A DNA stretch of 64,000 bases from Escherichia coli (GTDB lineage: Bacteria > Pseudomonadota > Gammaproteobacteria > Enterobacterales > Enterobacteriaceae): the NCBI RefSeq assembly GCF_003790525.1, contig NZ_CP033635.1. The stretch is one strand, 5' to 3'. Both the position numbers and the translations under genes were made by a program. Every line of letters starts with the position of its first letter. Position 1 is the first letter of the stretch. Of this stretch, positions 42,942 to 54,440 are shown piece by piece. The notes under the pieces were generated by a model. It had not been told where the DNA came from, did no database searches, and worked only from the letters and a program-made list of their open reading frames with translations.

Positions 42942-44195
42942 TTAATGACTTTCAGCCCAGGCGCGTTCAATCTCTTCCGCCAGAATCTTCACCCCCGCCT
43001 CAATTTTATCCGGCTCCGGCACGTAGTTCATGCGCATACATTGATGTGTATGTGGCCACGGTTTATCCAGCCCTGGGAAGAAGTTGTGCCCCGGCACCAT
43101 CAGCACGCCCCGTGCTTTCAGGCGCTGGTAGAGCTGCTCGGTCGTAATTGGCAAATCCTTAAACCATAGCCAGAGGAAAATGGCTCCTTCCGGTTTATGA
43201 ATCAGGCAGCGATCTTCCGGTAAATAGCGGCGAATGATGGCGATAGTTTCCTGAACACGCTGGTAATAAAACGGTTTGATAACCGTTTCAGACAGGCGCA
43301 GCAGATCGTTACGCTTAATCATTTCACACATTATCGCCGGACCAATACCGCCAGGCGCCAGGCTGATAATGCCGTTCATGTTGGTGATTGCGGTGATGAT
43401 TTTTTCATTGGCGATGATAATGCCGCAGCGCGAACCCGGTAGTCCCAGCTTGGAAAGACTCATGCACAGTACAATATTCGGATTCCACAGCGGGCGCGCT
43501 TCGCTGAAGATGATACCCGGGAACGGGACGCCATAAGCGTTATCAATCACCAGCGGAATGCCGTGTTGATTCGCCAGCGCGTCAAGCTTCAGCAACTCTT
43601 CGTCAGTAATCACATTGCCTGTTGGATTCGTCGGCCGGGAGACGCAAATCATCCCGGTTTCTTCGCCAATATGCAGATGCTCAAAATCGACGTGGTATTT
43701 AAACTGGCCTTCCGGCAGCAGTTCAATATTCGGACGCGCAGAGACAAACAGATCTTCTTCCAGTCCGGCGTCAGCGTAGCCAATATATTCCGGTGCCAGC
43801 GGAAACAGCACTTTTTTGATCCGACCATCGGCACGGCGTCCGGCAAACAGATTAAATAAGTAGAAAAACGCGCTCTGGCTGCCGTTTGTTAGTGCAATAT
43901 TCTGTGGTTCGATATCCCAACCCAACTTCTCGCGCAGCATTCCGGCAAGCAGTGTGAGTAGCTCCGTTTTCCCCTGTGGACCGTCGTAATTGCACAGTGC
44001 ATCAGTCGCTTTGCCACTTTCCAGCATGTCGGTCAGTAGCGTCTGGAAGTAGTCCTGCATTTCCGGGATCTGCGCTGGATTACCGCCGCCGAGCATAATC
44101 GCGCCAGGCGTGCGTAAACCGTCGTTCAGATCTTCCATCAGCAGCGTAATGCCGGAGTGGCGGGTAAATTTGTCACCAAAAAGGGAGAATGTCAT
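42942..44195 (-). CDS. avtA: valine-pyruvate aminotransferase
   Basis: 417-aa product from ATG (revcomp of cat at 44193-44195) giving MTFSLFGDKF...; ORF track extends upstream. Confidence 0.88.
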   Translation of the reverse strand: MTFSLFGDKFTRHSGITLLMEDLNDGLRTPGAIMLGGGNPAQIPEMQDYFQTLLTDMLESGKATDALCNYDGPQGKTELLTLLAGMLREKLGWDIEPQNIALTNGSQSAFFYLFNLFAGRRADGRIKKVLFPLAPEYIGYADAGLEEDLFVSARPNIELLPEGQFKYHVDFEHLHIGEETGMICVSRPTNPTGNVITDEELLKLDALANQHGIPLVIDNAYGVPFPGIIFSEARPLWNPNIVLCMSLSKLGLPGSRCGIIIANEKIITAITNMNGIISLAPGGIGPAIMCEMIKRNDLLRLSETVIKPFYYQRVQETIAIIRRYLPEDRCLIHKPEGAIFLWLWFKDLPITTEQLYQRLKARGVLMVPGHNFFPGLDKPWPHTHQCMRMNYVPEPDKIEAGVKILAEEIERAWAESH

Positions 44196-44333
44196 AGCGG
44201 GATATCTGTCGAACTCTGTAGCAAGGAAGGTAACAATAACGCTACATTTGCTGGGGTGCAAATCGCTCTGTTGAAGAGGGAGCGGTGCTTTATCCTGCAA
44301 CGCTGATTAGAGCTGACATTTTATCCTGGTTGG

Positions 44334-44366
44334 CGGCTTCCCGAGGTACTGACGAACGGGAAGCCG
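44334..44366 (-). terminator. stem-loop downstream of malS
   Basis: cggcttcccg(44334-44343)/cgggaagccg(44357-44366) inverted repeat; no clear T-run. Confidence 0.4.
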
Positions 44367-44372
44367 GAAAAG

Positions 44373-46403
44373 TCACTGTTGCCCAGCCCAGATGACCAGC
44401 ACTTTATCGTCGCCATGCTCACGAACAAAGCCGTAGCCCTGCTTCATCGAAAGTGTCGTTTGTTTGCCCTCGCCAATTGCGGGATGGCGGGCGCGGAACT
44501 GGCTGATTTTCTGCCAGTGCGCGACGCTGGCGGCAGATTTACCGCTAACATCCTGCCAGTTCATATCCGAACGCGTACCTTGCAGCGGATCCGAACCGGT
44601 GGGGCCGAACGGACGCGAGGATTCATCACCATAAAAGATTTGTACCGCGCCTGGCGCTAATAACAATAACTCTGCTGCTTTATTACCACCTTCGCGGAAC
44701 AGGCGGGTATCATGCGATGAGAGGTAGCTCAACACGTTGAAATCCTGCAATTTCTCCGCCATTTGCTGCCAGGTCGTATCCATCTGCGCCAGACAATCGA
44801 CTGCTTTCGCCGCCTGCTCCTGATAATCGAAATTGATCATCGCATCGAAGCCGTGGCGATAGTAGTCACTTTGCATCACGCCGTGGCCCCAGGCTTCACC
44901 GGTCATCCAGAAAGGTTTGTCATCTAATGCTTTGTCGGAGTTAGCTTTTTTCCATTCGCGAAGCGCGGCGCTGGCTTCGGTTTTCAGTTGCTGCCAGGCG
45001 GGCAACTCAACATGTTTGGCGGTGTCGACCCGAAAACCATCAATCCCATAGTCGCGAACCCACTGACTTAACCAGTGGGTTAAGTAATCGCGAGGGGTAA
45101 AGCCGTCGATGACTTTAGCGTGGGTATCCGTTTTGTTTTTATAGAACACCGGCAGACCAGAAGCGGTCGTTGATTCGGTTTTGATATCCGGCAAAAAGGC
45201 CAGCGACATAGTGAGATCGTCGAATCCAGGATTGTCGTAATCGCCGATATCGGTTCTGATCCAGTTTTTTCCCCACCATTTATCCCAGCCTGTTTTGTCG
45301 CTGAAATTAATGTAATCGTTAAAGCTATGCCAGGTTTGCCCGGCGGCAGGTTTCCAGTCGCTCCAGCGTTCACCCAGCGTTTTTTTCACTTCGTCACCAG
45401 AAAGATATAACGCGCCAAACTGAAACTCCTGCATATCCGCCAGTGTGGCGTAACCGGTGTGGTTCATCACGACATCAAAGAGAATACGAATACCGCGCTG
45501 ATGCGCGCTATCAACCAGCGTCCGTAGATCGGCTTCGCGGCCCATATTGGCATCAAGATTCGTCCAGTCCTGTGTGTAATAACCGTGGTAGGCATAATGC
45601 GGGAAATCGCCTTTTGTACCGCCGCCGACCCAGCCGTGAATTTGCTCAAATGGGGCACTTATCCATAAAGCATTGACGCCCAGCTGCTGGAGGTAATCCA
45701 GTTTGTTGGTCAGGCCGCGTAAATCGCCGCCGTGAAAAGTGCCAATTTCTGCCATACCGTCTTTATGACGTCCGTAACTCTGGTCATTACTGGGATCGCC
45801 GTTTTCGAAACGATCTGTCAGCACAAAGTAAACCGTGGCGTTATGCCAGTCGAAAGGGGCAGAGGCGTCAGTTTCTGCCCGTTCCAGCAGGAGTAAACCG
45901 TTGCTGGTGGCAGCGGGTTGTAACGTTATTTGACCGTTCTTCACTATCGCAATTTGCTGGCTGTAATAATCCCGGACGGCGGCTCCCTCCGGAAAAGTGG
46001 CGCTGACATCCAGTGTGAGCGGTAATCCATCCCATTTCGGGCATTCACGGACCAGGCTTGCTACCGGTTCGACGGCGTTCTGGATGGAAATCATCAATGT
46101 TGGTGTACCGGAGCGGGTGTCTAGTTGCAGCGTATATTCGCCGTCCCTGAACAATCGCCATTGAGGCGGCGTGTTGCTACAAGGTTGCAGGGAAAGCATC
46201 TGATTGAGTTTTATCGCATCCGCAGGCTGCCAGCACTGTTGGTCAAAATTTAGCGTTAGTGGACGCGTACCTTTGGGCAACTGTGCGTGGCTGACAAATG
46301 TTCCCGTCCCCTGTTCGCTAAAGGCGGGAAACCCCGGAGAAGTCCAGCTGGCGGCAACGGCGAAGCCAGGAAGGAGTGTCAGAAAACAGGCGGCGAGTTT
46401 CAT
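44373..46403 (-). CDS. malS: periplasmic alpha-amylase
   Basis: 676-aa ORF with signal peptide; GH13 alpha-amylase family. Confidence 0.92.
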   Translation of the reverse strand: MKLAACFLTLLPGFAVAASWTSPGFPAFSEQGTGTFVSHAQLPKGTRPLTLNFDQQCWQPADAIKLNQMLSLQPCSNTPPQWRLFRDGEYTLQLDTRSGTPTLMISIQNAVEPVASLVRECPKWDGLPLTLDVSATFPEGAAVRDYYSQQIAIVKNGQITLQPAATSNGLLLLERAETDASAPFDWHNATVYFVLTDRFENGDPSNDQSYGRHKDGMAEIGTFHGGDLRGLTNKLDYLQQLGVNALWISAPFEQIHGWVGGGTKGDFPHYAYHGYYTQDWTNLDANMGREADLRTLVDSAHQRGIRILFDVVMNHTGYATLADMQEFQFGALYLSGDEVKKTLGERWSDWKPAAGQTWHSFNDYINFSDKTGWDKWWGKNWIRTDIGDYDNPGFDDLTMSLAFLPDIKTESTTASGLPVFYKNKTDTHAKVIDGFTPRDYLTHWLSQWVRDYGIDGFRVDTAKHVELPAWQQLKTEASAALREWKKANSDKALDDKPFWMTGEAWGHGVMQSDYYRHGFDAMINFDYQEQAAKAVDCLAQMDTTWQQMAEKLQDFNVLSYLSSHDTRLFREGGNKAAELLLLAPGAVQIFYGDESSRPFGPTGSDPLQGTRSDMNWQDVSGKSAASVAHWQKISQFRARHPAIGEGKQTTLSMKQGYGFVREHGDDKVLVIWAGQQ

Positions 46404-46722
46404 GGCGGATGAGTCCTTATTGCTGCGATTTCAGACAGTTTGCCAGCGATAAGCCAGACAAAACTCATCCCTGAGCGGTAAGTCCACAGGATGAGAAGCA
46501 AGGGTGAGCGATCGCGCGCAAAAAACGGCTGAATTTTGCGATAAACCCCACATTTTCTGCGATTTAGCGCCAATCTGAATCGTTAACTCGTGACATAGTT
46601 TCAGATTTGGACTATTCCTTGGGGTGCTCTTGACAGCTATTTTTGATATGATTTGAGATTCAACTCTCAAATTTGTGAAAAATATAAGGTGTTGGAATGA
46701 TTAAATCCGACCAGGAGACCTG

Positions 46723-47547
46723 ATGATTTTGACTCCCATACGACGATATGGGGCGATGATTCTTATGTTACTCACTCTGGTGTTTTCGAGTGAGGTGTTA
46801 GCGAAGACGCACACAACAACAGCGAGTCAAAAGTCCCACTTAACTAAAGCTAGTAATAAACAGGTAAGCAGTAAACAAGAGTATTCTCGCAATAGTGCAA
46901 AGAGTAGTTCACTTCCTGATTTGCGAAAATACCCTTCCGGAACACCAAGGAAAAAGGCGTTTCTCCGGACCGTAATGCCTTACATTACCAGCCAAAATGC
47001 GGCCATTACTGCGGAACGTAACTGGCTGATTTCAAAACAGTATCAGGGCCAATGGTCACCTGCTGAGCGTGCGCGTCTGAAAGACATCGCCAAACGCTAC
47101 AAGGTGAAGTGGTCTGGTAATACGCGAAAAATCCCGTGGAATACTTTCCTTGAACGCGTAGACATTATCCCTACCAGTATGGTGGCGACGATGGCTGCAG
47201 CAGAAAGCGGTTGGGGAACGTCGAAGCTGGCGCGCAACAACAACAACCTGTTCGGCATGAAATGCATGAAAGGACGTTGTACCAATGCGCCGGGTAAAGT
47301 GAAAGGGTACTCACAGTTTAGTTCTGTCAAAGAATCGGTGAGCGCCTATGTCACTAACCTCAATACGCACCCGGCTTACTCTTCGTTCCGTAAATCGCGT
47401 GCACAACTGCGTAAAGCGGATCAGGAAGTGACTGCCACAGCGATGATTCACAAGCTGAAGGGCTACTCGACCAAAGGGAAGAGTTATAACAACTACCTGT
47501 TCGCAATGTACCAGGATAACCAACGGTTAATCGCGGCGCATATGTAA
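46723..47547 (+). CDS. bax: Bax protein (glucosaminidase-domain protein)
   Basis: 274-aa ORF; N-terminal signal/anchor. Confidence 0.85.
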   Translation: MILTPIRRYGAMILMLLTLVFSSEVLAKTHTTTASQKSHLTKASNKQVSSKQEYSRNSAKSSSLPDLRKYPSGTPRKKAFLRTVMPYITSQNAAITAERNWLISKQYQGQWSPAERARLKDIAKRYKVKWSGNTRKIPWNTFLERVDIIPTSMVATMAAAESGWGTSKLARNNNNLFGMKCMKGRCTNAPGKVKGYSQFSSVKESVSAYVTNLNTHPAYSSFRKSRAQLRKADQEVTATAMIHKLKGYSTKGKSYNNYLFAMYQDNQRLIAAHM

Positions 47548-47561
47548 TTGCATTTCCTCGA

Positions 47562-47596
47562 GCCTTATCCGACTTGTCAGGCGGATAAGGCTTTTG
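47562..47596 (+). terminator. rho-independent terminator after bax
   Basis: gccttatccg(47562-47571)/cggataaggc(47582-47591) followed by ttttg. Confidence 0.6.
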
Positions 47597-47654
47597 CTCG
47601 TATCGGGTGGTTGTGCTGAGTTACCTGATGCGACGCCGACAATTCTCATCATCG

Positions 47655-48833
47655 CTACAACATGACCTCGCTATTTACATCGCGATACTCTTTTGGCGTC
47701 GTGTCATATGCTTTTTTAAAAACAGAGTAGAAATATTGCAGCGATGGATAACCGCACATTTGCGATATCTCATTGATCGACAAGGTGGTTGAAATCAGCA
47801 GACTGCGCGCTTTCTCCAACTTCTCGGCATGAATCATTGCATGGATGGTTTCACCCACCTCTTCTTTAAAACGCTTCTCAAGATTGGAGCGTGATATGCC
47901 CACCGCATCCAGTACCTGATCCACTTTAATCCCTTTACAGGCGTGATTACGAATGTAATGCATGGCCTGAATAACGGCGGGATCGGTCAGCGAGCGGTAA
48001 TCTGTTGAGCGCCGTTCAATGACGCGAACTGGTGGGACCAAAATCCGCTGTAGCGGCATTTCTTCTTTATCTAATAATCGATGCAACAGTTTTGCCGCCT
48101 GATAGCCCATTTGCCGTGCGCCCTGAGCGACCGAAGAAAGGGCGACACGCGACAGATAGCGGGTCAGTTCTTCGTTATCGATGCCAATCACGCATAATTT
48201 TTCCGGTACGGGAATGTGTAGATGTTCACATACTTGCAGAATATGCCGTGCCCGGGCGTCAGTAACGGCAATAATCCCGGTTTGCGGTGGCAGCGTTTGT
48301 AGCCAGTCTGCCAGCCGATTTTGCGCGTGTTGCCAGTTCTCTGGCGCGGTTTCTAACCCCTGATAAACCACTCCGCGATACTTTTCTTCGGCGACAAGCT
48401 GACGAAATGCATATTCGCGTTCAGTGGCCCAACGTTTGCCGCTTGATTCCGGAAGACCATAAAAAGCAAAGCGGTTAACGCCTTTCTCTTTTAAATGCAA
48501 AAATGCGCTTTCAACCAGCGCATAGTTATCGGTGGCAATGTAATGAACGGGTGGGTAACTTTCGGCAAGGTGATACGAACCACCAACCCCAACAATGGGG
48601 ACGTCGACATCAGCCAGCGCTTGCTCGATTTGTTTGTCGTCGAAGTCGGCAATGACGCCATCTCCTAACCAGTCCTTGATTTTATCAATGCGGGCGCGGA
48701 AATCTTCTTCAATGAAAATATCCCATTCCGATTGTGACGCCTGTAAATATTCCCCTACGCCTTCTACTACCTGCCGGTCATAGGCTTTATTGGCATTGAA
48801 CAGTAATGTGATGCGGTGACGTTTAGTAAACAT
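47655..48833 (-). CDS. xylR: xylose operon transcriptional activator (AraC family)
   Basis: 392-aa ORF; periplasmic-binding-like N-domain plus AraC HTH. Confidence 0.92.
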   Translation of the reverse strand: MFTKRHRITLLFNANKAYDRQVVEGVGEYLQASQSEWDIFIEEDFRARIDKIKDWLGDGVIADFDDKQIEQALADVDVPIVGVGGSYHLAESYPPVHYIATDNYALVESAFLHLKEKGVNRFAFYGLPESSGKRWATEREYAFRQLVAEEKYRGVVYQGLETAPENWQHAQNRLADWLQTLPPQTGIIAVTDARARHILQVCEHLHIPVPEKLCVIGIDNEELTRYLSRVALSSVAQGARQMGYQAAKLLHRLLDKEEMPLQRILVPPVRVIERRSTDYRSLTDPAVIQAMHYIRNHACKGIKVDQVLDAVGISRSNLEKRFKEEVGETIHAMIHAEKLEKARSLLISTTLSINEISQMCGYPSLQYFYSVFKKAYDTTPKEYRDVNSEVML

Positions 48834-48850
48834 GGTTCTTTTCCTGCTGA

Positions 48851-48894
48851 ATCATGCAAAAACTCAAAACCGGTAATACGTTACCGGCTTTGAG
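48851..48894 (-). terminator. terminator of xylFGH (minus strand)
   Basis: ctcaaaaccggtaa(48863-48876)/ttaccggctttgag(48881-48894); T-run on minus strand = a-run 48855-48862. Confidence 0.6.
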
Positions 48895-48910
48895 AAAATT
48901 TTTATCAAAA

Positions 48911-50092
48911 TCAAGAACGGCGTTTGGTTGCGGAGTCCATCCATACTGCCAGCAACAGAATCGCACCTTTAACGATATACTGCCAGAAGGTCGGTACATC
49001 CATCATACTCATGCCGTTATCCAGTGAAGCCATGATGAATGCCCCCATTACCGCTCCGGCCACGCTCCCGACGCCGCCTGCCAGACTGGTGCCGCCAATC
49101 ACACATGCGGCAATTGCGTCCAGTTCGGCGATATTTCCCGCAGAAGGTGAACCAGCGCCAAGTCGAGAACTGAGGATTAATCCGGCGATGGCTACCATTA
49201 ATCCGTTAATAGCGAACACGGCAAGTTTGGTGCGTTCAACGTTAATCCCGGAGAGCCGTGCTGCTTCCAGATTGCCGCCGATGGCATAAATGCGTCGTCC
49301 AAATGCCGTCCGCGTTGCCATAAACATTCCGCCGAGTAACAGCAACGTCAGCAGCAGAACAGGAGTGGGAACGCCACGGTAATCATTCAACAGCCAGATT
49401 GCGCCTAATACGATGATAGCGGTTAAAGCCTGGCGACCGACTACTGCGGTAGAAGCCGGAGACTGCAAACCCAAAGCCTGACGGCGCATTCTTCCGCGCC
49501 ATTGCCAGCCAACAAAAGCCATTAAGCCAAGCGCGCCAATGATGAAGCCGGTGCTGGCGGGTAGATAGCTTTGCCCGATTTGTGACATCGCGGCGCTGGT
49601 GGGGGAAACAGTCGTGCCGTTGGTGATGCCAATGAGTATGCCGCGAAATGCCAACATGCCCGCGAGGGTGACAATAAATGAAGGGACTTTGCGGTACGCG
49701 ACCCACCATCCGTTCCAGGCACCGAGAAGCAGTCCCAGAACCAAAGTCACAATGATGGTAAGTGGCAAAGGCCAGCCTAGCCAGACGTCACAAATCGCCG
49801 CGACGCCACCTAACAGCCCCATCATTGAGCCGACGGAAAGGTCGATTTCAGCAGAAATTATGACGAACACCATTCCTACCGCGAGGATGCCGGTAATCGC
49901 GGTTTGGCGTAACAGGTTGGAGACGTTACGGGCGCTTAAGTAGGCACCATCGGTGGTCCAGGTAAAGAACAGCATGATTGCGATGATAGCTGCAATCATC
50001 ACGAAGACCTGCAAATTCAGTGATTTCAGCCCGGAAAAGCCACCGGATGTCGGTACGGCTAATTTCACTTCAGACGGATTGCTTTTCGACAT
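48911..50092 (-). CDS. xylH: xylose ABC transporter permease
   Basis: 393-aa polytopic membrane protein. Confidence 0.92.
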
Positions 50093-51611
50093 GATGTTCG
50101 CTCCTCAATGCGGCTTCCATCACCTGCTCCTGAGTCAGGTTATGATTTATCAGGTTGGCTTTTAGTTTCCCTTCATGCATCACCAGTACACGATCGCTAA
50201 GGCCGAGCACTTCAGGTAATTCGGAAGAGATGACAATAACGGCAATACCCTGCTGGACGAGTTGGTTAATTAATTTGTAGATCTCGTATTTCGCGCCAAT
50301 ATCGATACCCCTGGTGGGTTCATCAAGAATGAGAATGCGCGGGTTAAGTAACAGACAGCGAGCGAGGATCGCTTTTTGTTGATTGCCGCCGCTCAAACGT
50401 CCAATAGCAAGGTCGGAGGACGACGTTTTAACTTTGAGTTGCTGGATTGATTCCAGAATACATTTTTGCTCTGCCGCGTCATCAAGCTGGCTAATACCGC
50501 CGGTAAATTTATTGAGTGCGGCGAGGGTAATATTTTTACCAACCGCCATTACCGGAACGATGCCGTCGCGCTTTCTGTCTTCGGGTACCATCGCAATCCC
50601 CTGGGCGATGGCTTGCTGACAGTTACGAATATCTACCTGTTTGCCGTCAATATAAATTTTCCCTTCCCATTGTCCGGGCCACACACCAAACAGGCACTGA
50701 ATAGTCTCGGTACGTCCGGCACCAACGAGTCCGGCGATACCCAGTATTTCGCCACGTTTCAGGGAAAACGAGACATCATTAACTCGTTTAATATGACGAT
50801 TAACCGGATGCCATGCCGTCAGATGTTCAATACGTAATATTTCATCTCCGGTGGTATGTGGTTCATTAGGGTAAAGCGCGGTTAACTCTCGCCCGACCAT
50901 CATGGTGATAATATCGTCTTCACTCATTCCAGCAGCATCACGCGTGCCAATGTGCTGACCGTCGCGAATAACGAAAATCGTATCGGAAATCGCTTTGACT
51001 TCGTTGAGTTTGTGCGAAATATAAATACAGGCGATACCGTGCTGTTGTAGATCGCGAATAATATCCAGTAAAACCGACGTTTCCTGCTCAGTTAATGAGG
51101 CTGTCGGCTCATCGAGAATTAACAAACGCACCTGTTTATTAAGTGCCTTGGCAATTTCAACCAGTTGTTGTTGCCCAAGTCCTAAATCGCCAACGCGGGT
51201 ATCAGGTGAAATGGATAAACTGACCTGTGCGAGCAGCTTCTGACAGCGTAGCGTCATCAGGTCATAATCCATAATGCCATTATGGGTTATTTCGTTACCC
51301 AGGAAGATATTTTCCAGCACGGTCAGTTCTTTCACCAGCGCCAATTCCTGGTGAATAATGGCGATACCTTTGCGTTCGGTATCGCGGATGTGACTCGCCT
51401 GAATCTCTTCTCCCGCAAAAATAATTTCGCCTTCGTAGGAACCATGGGGATAAATACCACACAGCACTTTCATCAGCGTTGATTTACCTGACCCATTTTC
51501 CCCACAGAGTGAGACGATTTCGCCAGCATTCAACCGCAAGCTGACGTTATCAATCGCCTTCACACTGCCGAAGGTTTTGGTAATATTTTTCATTTCAAGT
51601 AGATAAGGCAT
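50070..51611 (-). CDS. xylG: xylose ABC transporter ATP-binding protein
   Basis: 513-aa product from ATG (revcomp of cat 51609-51611) giving [10 protein letters not shown]...; two ABC cassettes with Walker [10 protein letters not shown]. Confidence 0.92.
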
Positions 51612-51688
51612 AACGACTCCACCTAAGCCAATTAATTCACGCGGCATGGAGAGAAATCACGCCCCCGCTCCGCGCCGGGGCGTAACGC

Positions 51689-52681
51689 TTACAGCTCGCT
51701 CTCTTTGTGGAATCCGTCTTTAACTACCGTATCTTTGATGTTGTTTTTATTCACATCGATCGGTGTCAGCAGGCGGGAGGGAACATCTTTCAGGCCATTA
51801 TTCAGTGTGGTATCCGCTTTTGGCTCCTGACCATTGCCCAACTCAACGGCAATTTCTGCGGCAGTATTTGCCAACAATGTAATAGGTTTATACACCGTCA
51901 TAGTTTGCGTACCGGCAGCAATACGTTTAATACCTGCAAGATCCGCATCCTGGCCGGAAATTGCTACTTTCCCTGATAAACCTTGCGCGCTTAATGCCTG
52001 AATTGCTCCTCCTGCGGTGGCATCGTTTGAGGCAACTACAGCATCAATTTTGTTATTATTGGCGGTTAGCGCGTTTTCCATAATTTTCAATGCGTTTTCC
52101 GGTAACCAGCCATCAACCCATTGGTCACCAACGACTTTAATTTTTCCGGAATCAACATAAGGTTTTAATACTTTCATTTGCCCGGCGCGGAACAGCTTGG
52201 CGTTGTTATCTACCGGCGAGCCGCCCATCAGGAAGTAATTACCTTGCGGAACAATATCGACCAGGGCTTTTGCCTGCAGTTCGCCGACTTTTTCGTTATC
52301 GAAAGAAATATAAAAATCGATATCCGCATCGTTAATCATACGGTCGTAAGCTAATACTTTAATACCTTCTTGTTTGGCTTCTTTTACAACGTTACTTAAT
52401 ACCTGACCGTTATACGGAATAATAACAAGAACATCGACGCCCCGGTTAATCATGTTTTCAATCTGCGACATTTGTGTTTCTTCATTGCCATTTGCAGACT
52501 GTACAAATACTTTCGCGCCGAGAGATTCTGCCTTTTTCACAAAAATATCTCGATCTTTTTGCCAGCGTTCAAGACGGAGATCATCAATCGCCATACCTAT
52601 TTTGACTTCTTTGGCGTGAGCCGCAACGTTGGTAAGCAGAAGTGAGGTGCAAAGGGTGAGTAGAATGTTCTTTATTTTCAT
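51689..52681 (-). CDS. xylF: D-xylose ABC transporter periplasmic binding protein
   Basis: 330-aa product from ATG (revcomp of cat 52679-52681) giving MKIKNILLTL...; signal peptide. Confidence 0.92.
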   Translation of the reverse strand: MKIKNILLTLCTSLLLTNVAAHAKEVKIGMAIDDLRLERWQKDRDIFVKKAESLGAKVFVQSANGNEETQMSQIENMINRGVDVLVIIPYNGQVLSNVVKEAKQEGIKVLAYDRMINDADIDFYISFDNEKVGELQAKALVDIVPQGNYFLMGGSPVDNNAKLFRAGQMKVLKPYVDSGKIKVVGDQWVDGWLPENALKIMENALTANNNKIDAVVASNDATAGGAIQALSAQGLSGKVAISGQDADLAGIKRIAAGTQTMTVYKPITLLANTAAEIAVELGNGQEPKADTTLNNGLKDVPSRLLTPIDVNKNNIKDTVVKDGFHKESEL

Positions 52682-53046
52682 GGTGTAGGGCCTTCTGTAG
52701 TTAGAGGACAGCTTTAATAAGTAACAATCACCGCGATAAACGTAACCAATTTTTAGCAACTAAACAGGGGAAAACAATTACAGATTTTTATCTTTCGATT
52801 ACGATTTTTGGTTTATTTCTTGATTTATGACAGAGATCTTACTTTTGTTGCGCAATTGTACTTATTGCATTTTTCTCTTCGAGGAATTACCCAGTTTCAT
52901 CATTCCATTTTATTTTGCGAGCGAGCGCACACTTGTGAATTATCTCAATAGCAGTGTGAAATAACATAATTGAGCAACTGAAAGGGAGTGCCCAATATTA
53001 CGACATCATCCATCACCCGCGGCATTACCTGATTATGGAGTTCAAT
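52682..53046. promoter_or_regulatory. divergent xylA / xylF promoter region (XylR- and CRP-controlled)
   Basis: 365-bp intergenic spacer between divergent xylF and xylA starts; regulation known from the K-12 xyl regulon, individual sites not mapped here. Confidence 0.6.
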
Positions 53047-54369
53047 ATGCAAGCCTATTTTGACCAGCTCGATCGCGTTCGTTATGAAGGCTCAAAATCC
53101 TCAAACCCGTTAGCATTCCGTCACTACAATCCCGACGAACTGGTGTTGGGCAAGCGTATGGAAGAGCATTTGCGTTTTGCCGCCTGCTACTGGCACACCT
53201 TCTGCTGGAACGGGGCGGATATGTTTGGTGTGGGGGCGTTTAATCGTCCGTGGCAGCAGCCTGGTGAGGCACTGGCGTTGGCGAAGCGTAAAGCAGATGT
53301 CGCATTTGAGTTTTTCCACAAGTTACATGTGCCATTTTATTGCTTCCACGATGTAGATGTTTCCCCTGAGGGCGCGTCGTTAAAAGAGTACATCAATAAT
53401 TTTGCGCAAATGGTTGATGTCCTGGCAGGCAAGCAAGAAGAGAGCGGCGTGAAGCTGCTGTGGGGAACTGCTAACTGCTTTACAAACCCTCGCTATGGCG
53501 CGGGTGCGGCGACGAACCCAGATCCTGAAGTCTTCAGTTGGGCGGCAACGCAAGTTGTTACAGCGATGGAAGCAACCCATAAATTGGGCGGTGAAAACTA
53601 TGTCCTGTGGGGTGGTCGTGAAGGTTACGAAACGCTGTTAAATACCGACTTGCGCCAGGAGCGTGAACAGCTGGGCCGCTTTATGCAGATGGTGGTTGAG
53701 CATAAACATAAAATCGGTTTCCAGGGCACGTTGCTTATCGAACCGAAACCGCAAGAACCGACCAAACATCAATATGATTACGATGCTGCGACGGTCTATG
53801 GCTTCCTGAAACAGTTTGGTCTGGAAAAAGAGATTAAACTGAATATTGAAGCTAACCACGCGACGCTGGCAGGTCACTCTTTCCATCATGAAATAGCCAC
53901 CGCCATTGCGCTTGGCCTGTTCGGTTCTGTCGACGCCAACCGTGGCGATGCGCAACTGGGCTGGGACACCGACCAGTTCCCGAACAGTGTGGAAGAGAAT
54001 GCGCTGGTGATGTATGAAATTCTCAAAGCAGGCGGTTTCACCACCGGTGGTCTGAACTTCGATGCCAAAGTACGTCGTCAAAGTACTGATAAATATGATC
54101 TGTTTTACGGTCATATCGGCGCGATGGATACGATGGCGTTGGCGCTGAAAATTGCAGCGCGCATGATTGAAGATGGCGAGCTGGATAAACGCATCGCGCA
54201 GCGTTATTCCGGCTGGAATAGCGAATTAGGCCAGCAAATCCTGAAAGGCCAAATGTCACTGGCAGATTTAGCCAAATATGCTCAGGAACATAATTTGTCT
54301 CCGGTGCATCAGAGTGGTCGCCAGGAGCAACTGGAAAATCTGGTAAATCATTATCTGTTCGACAAATAA
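53047..54369 (+). CDS. xylA: xylose isomerase
   Basis: 440-aa product from ATG at 53047 ([16 protein letters not shown]...). Confidence 0.93.
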
Positions 54370-54440
54370 CGGCTAACTGTGCAGTCCGTTGGCCCGGTTA
54401 TCAGTAGCGATACCGGGCATTTTTTTAAGGAACGATCGAT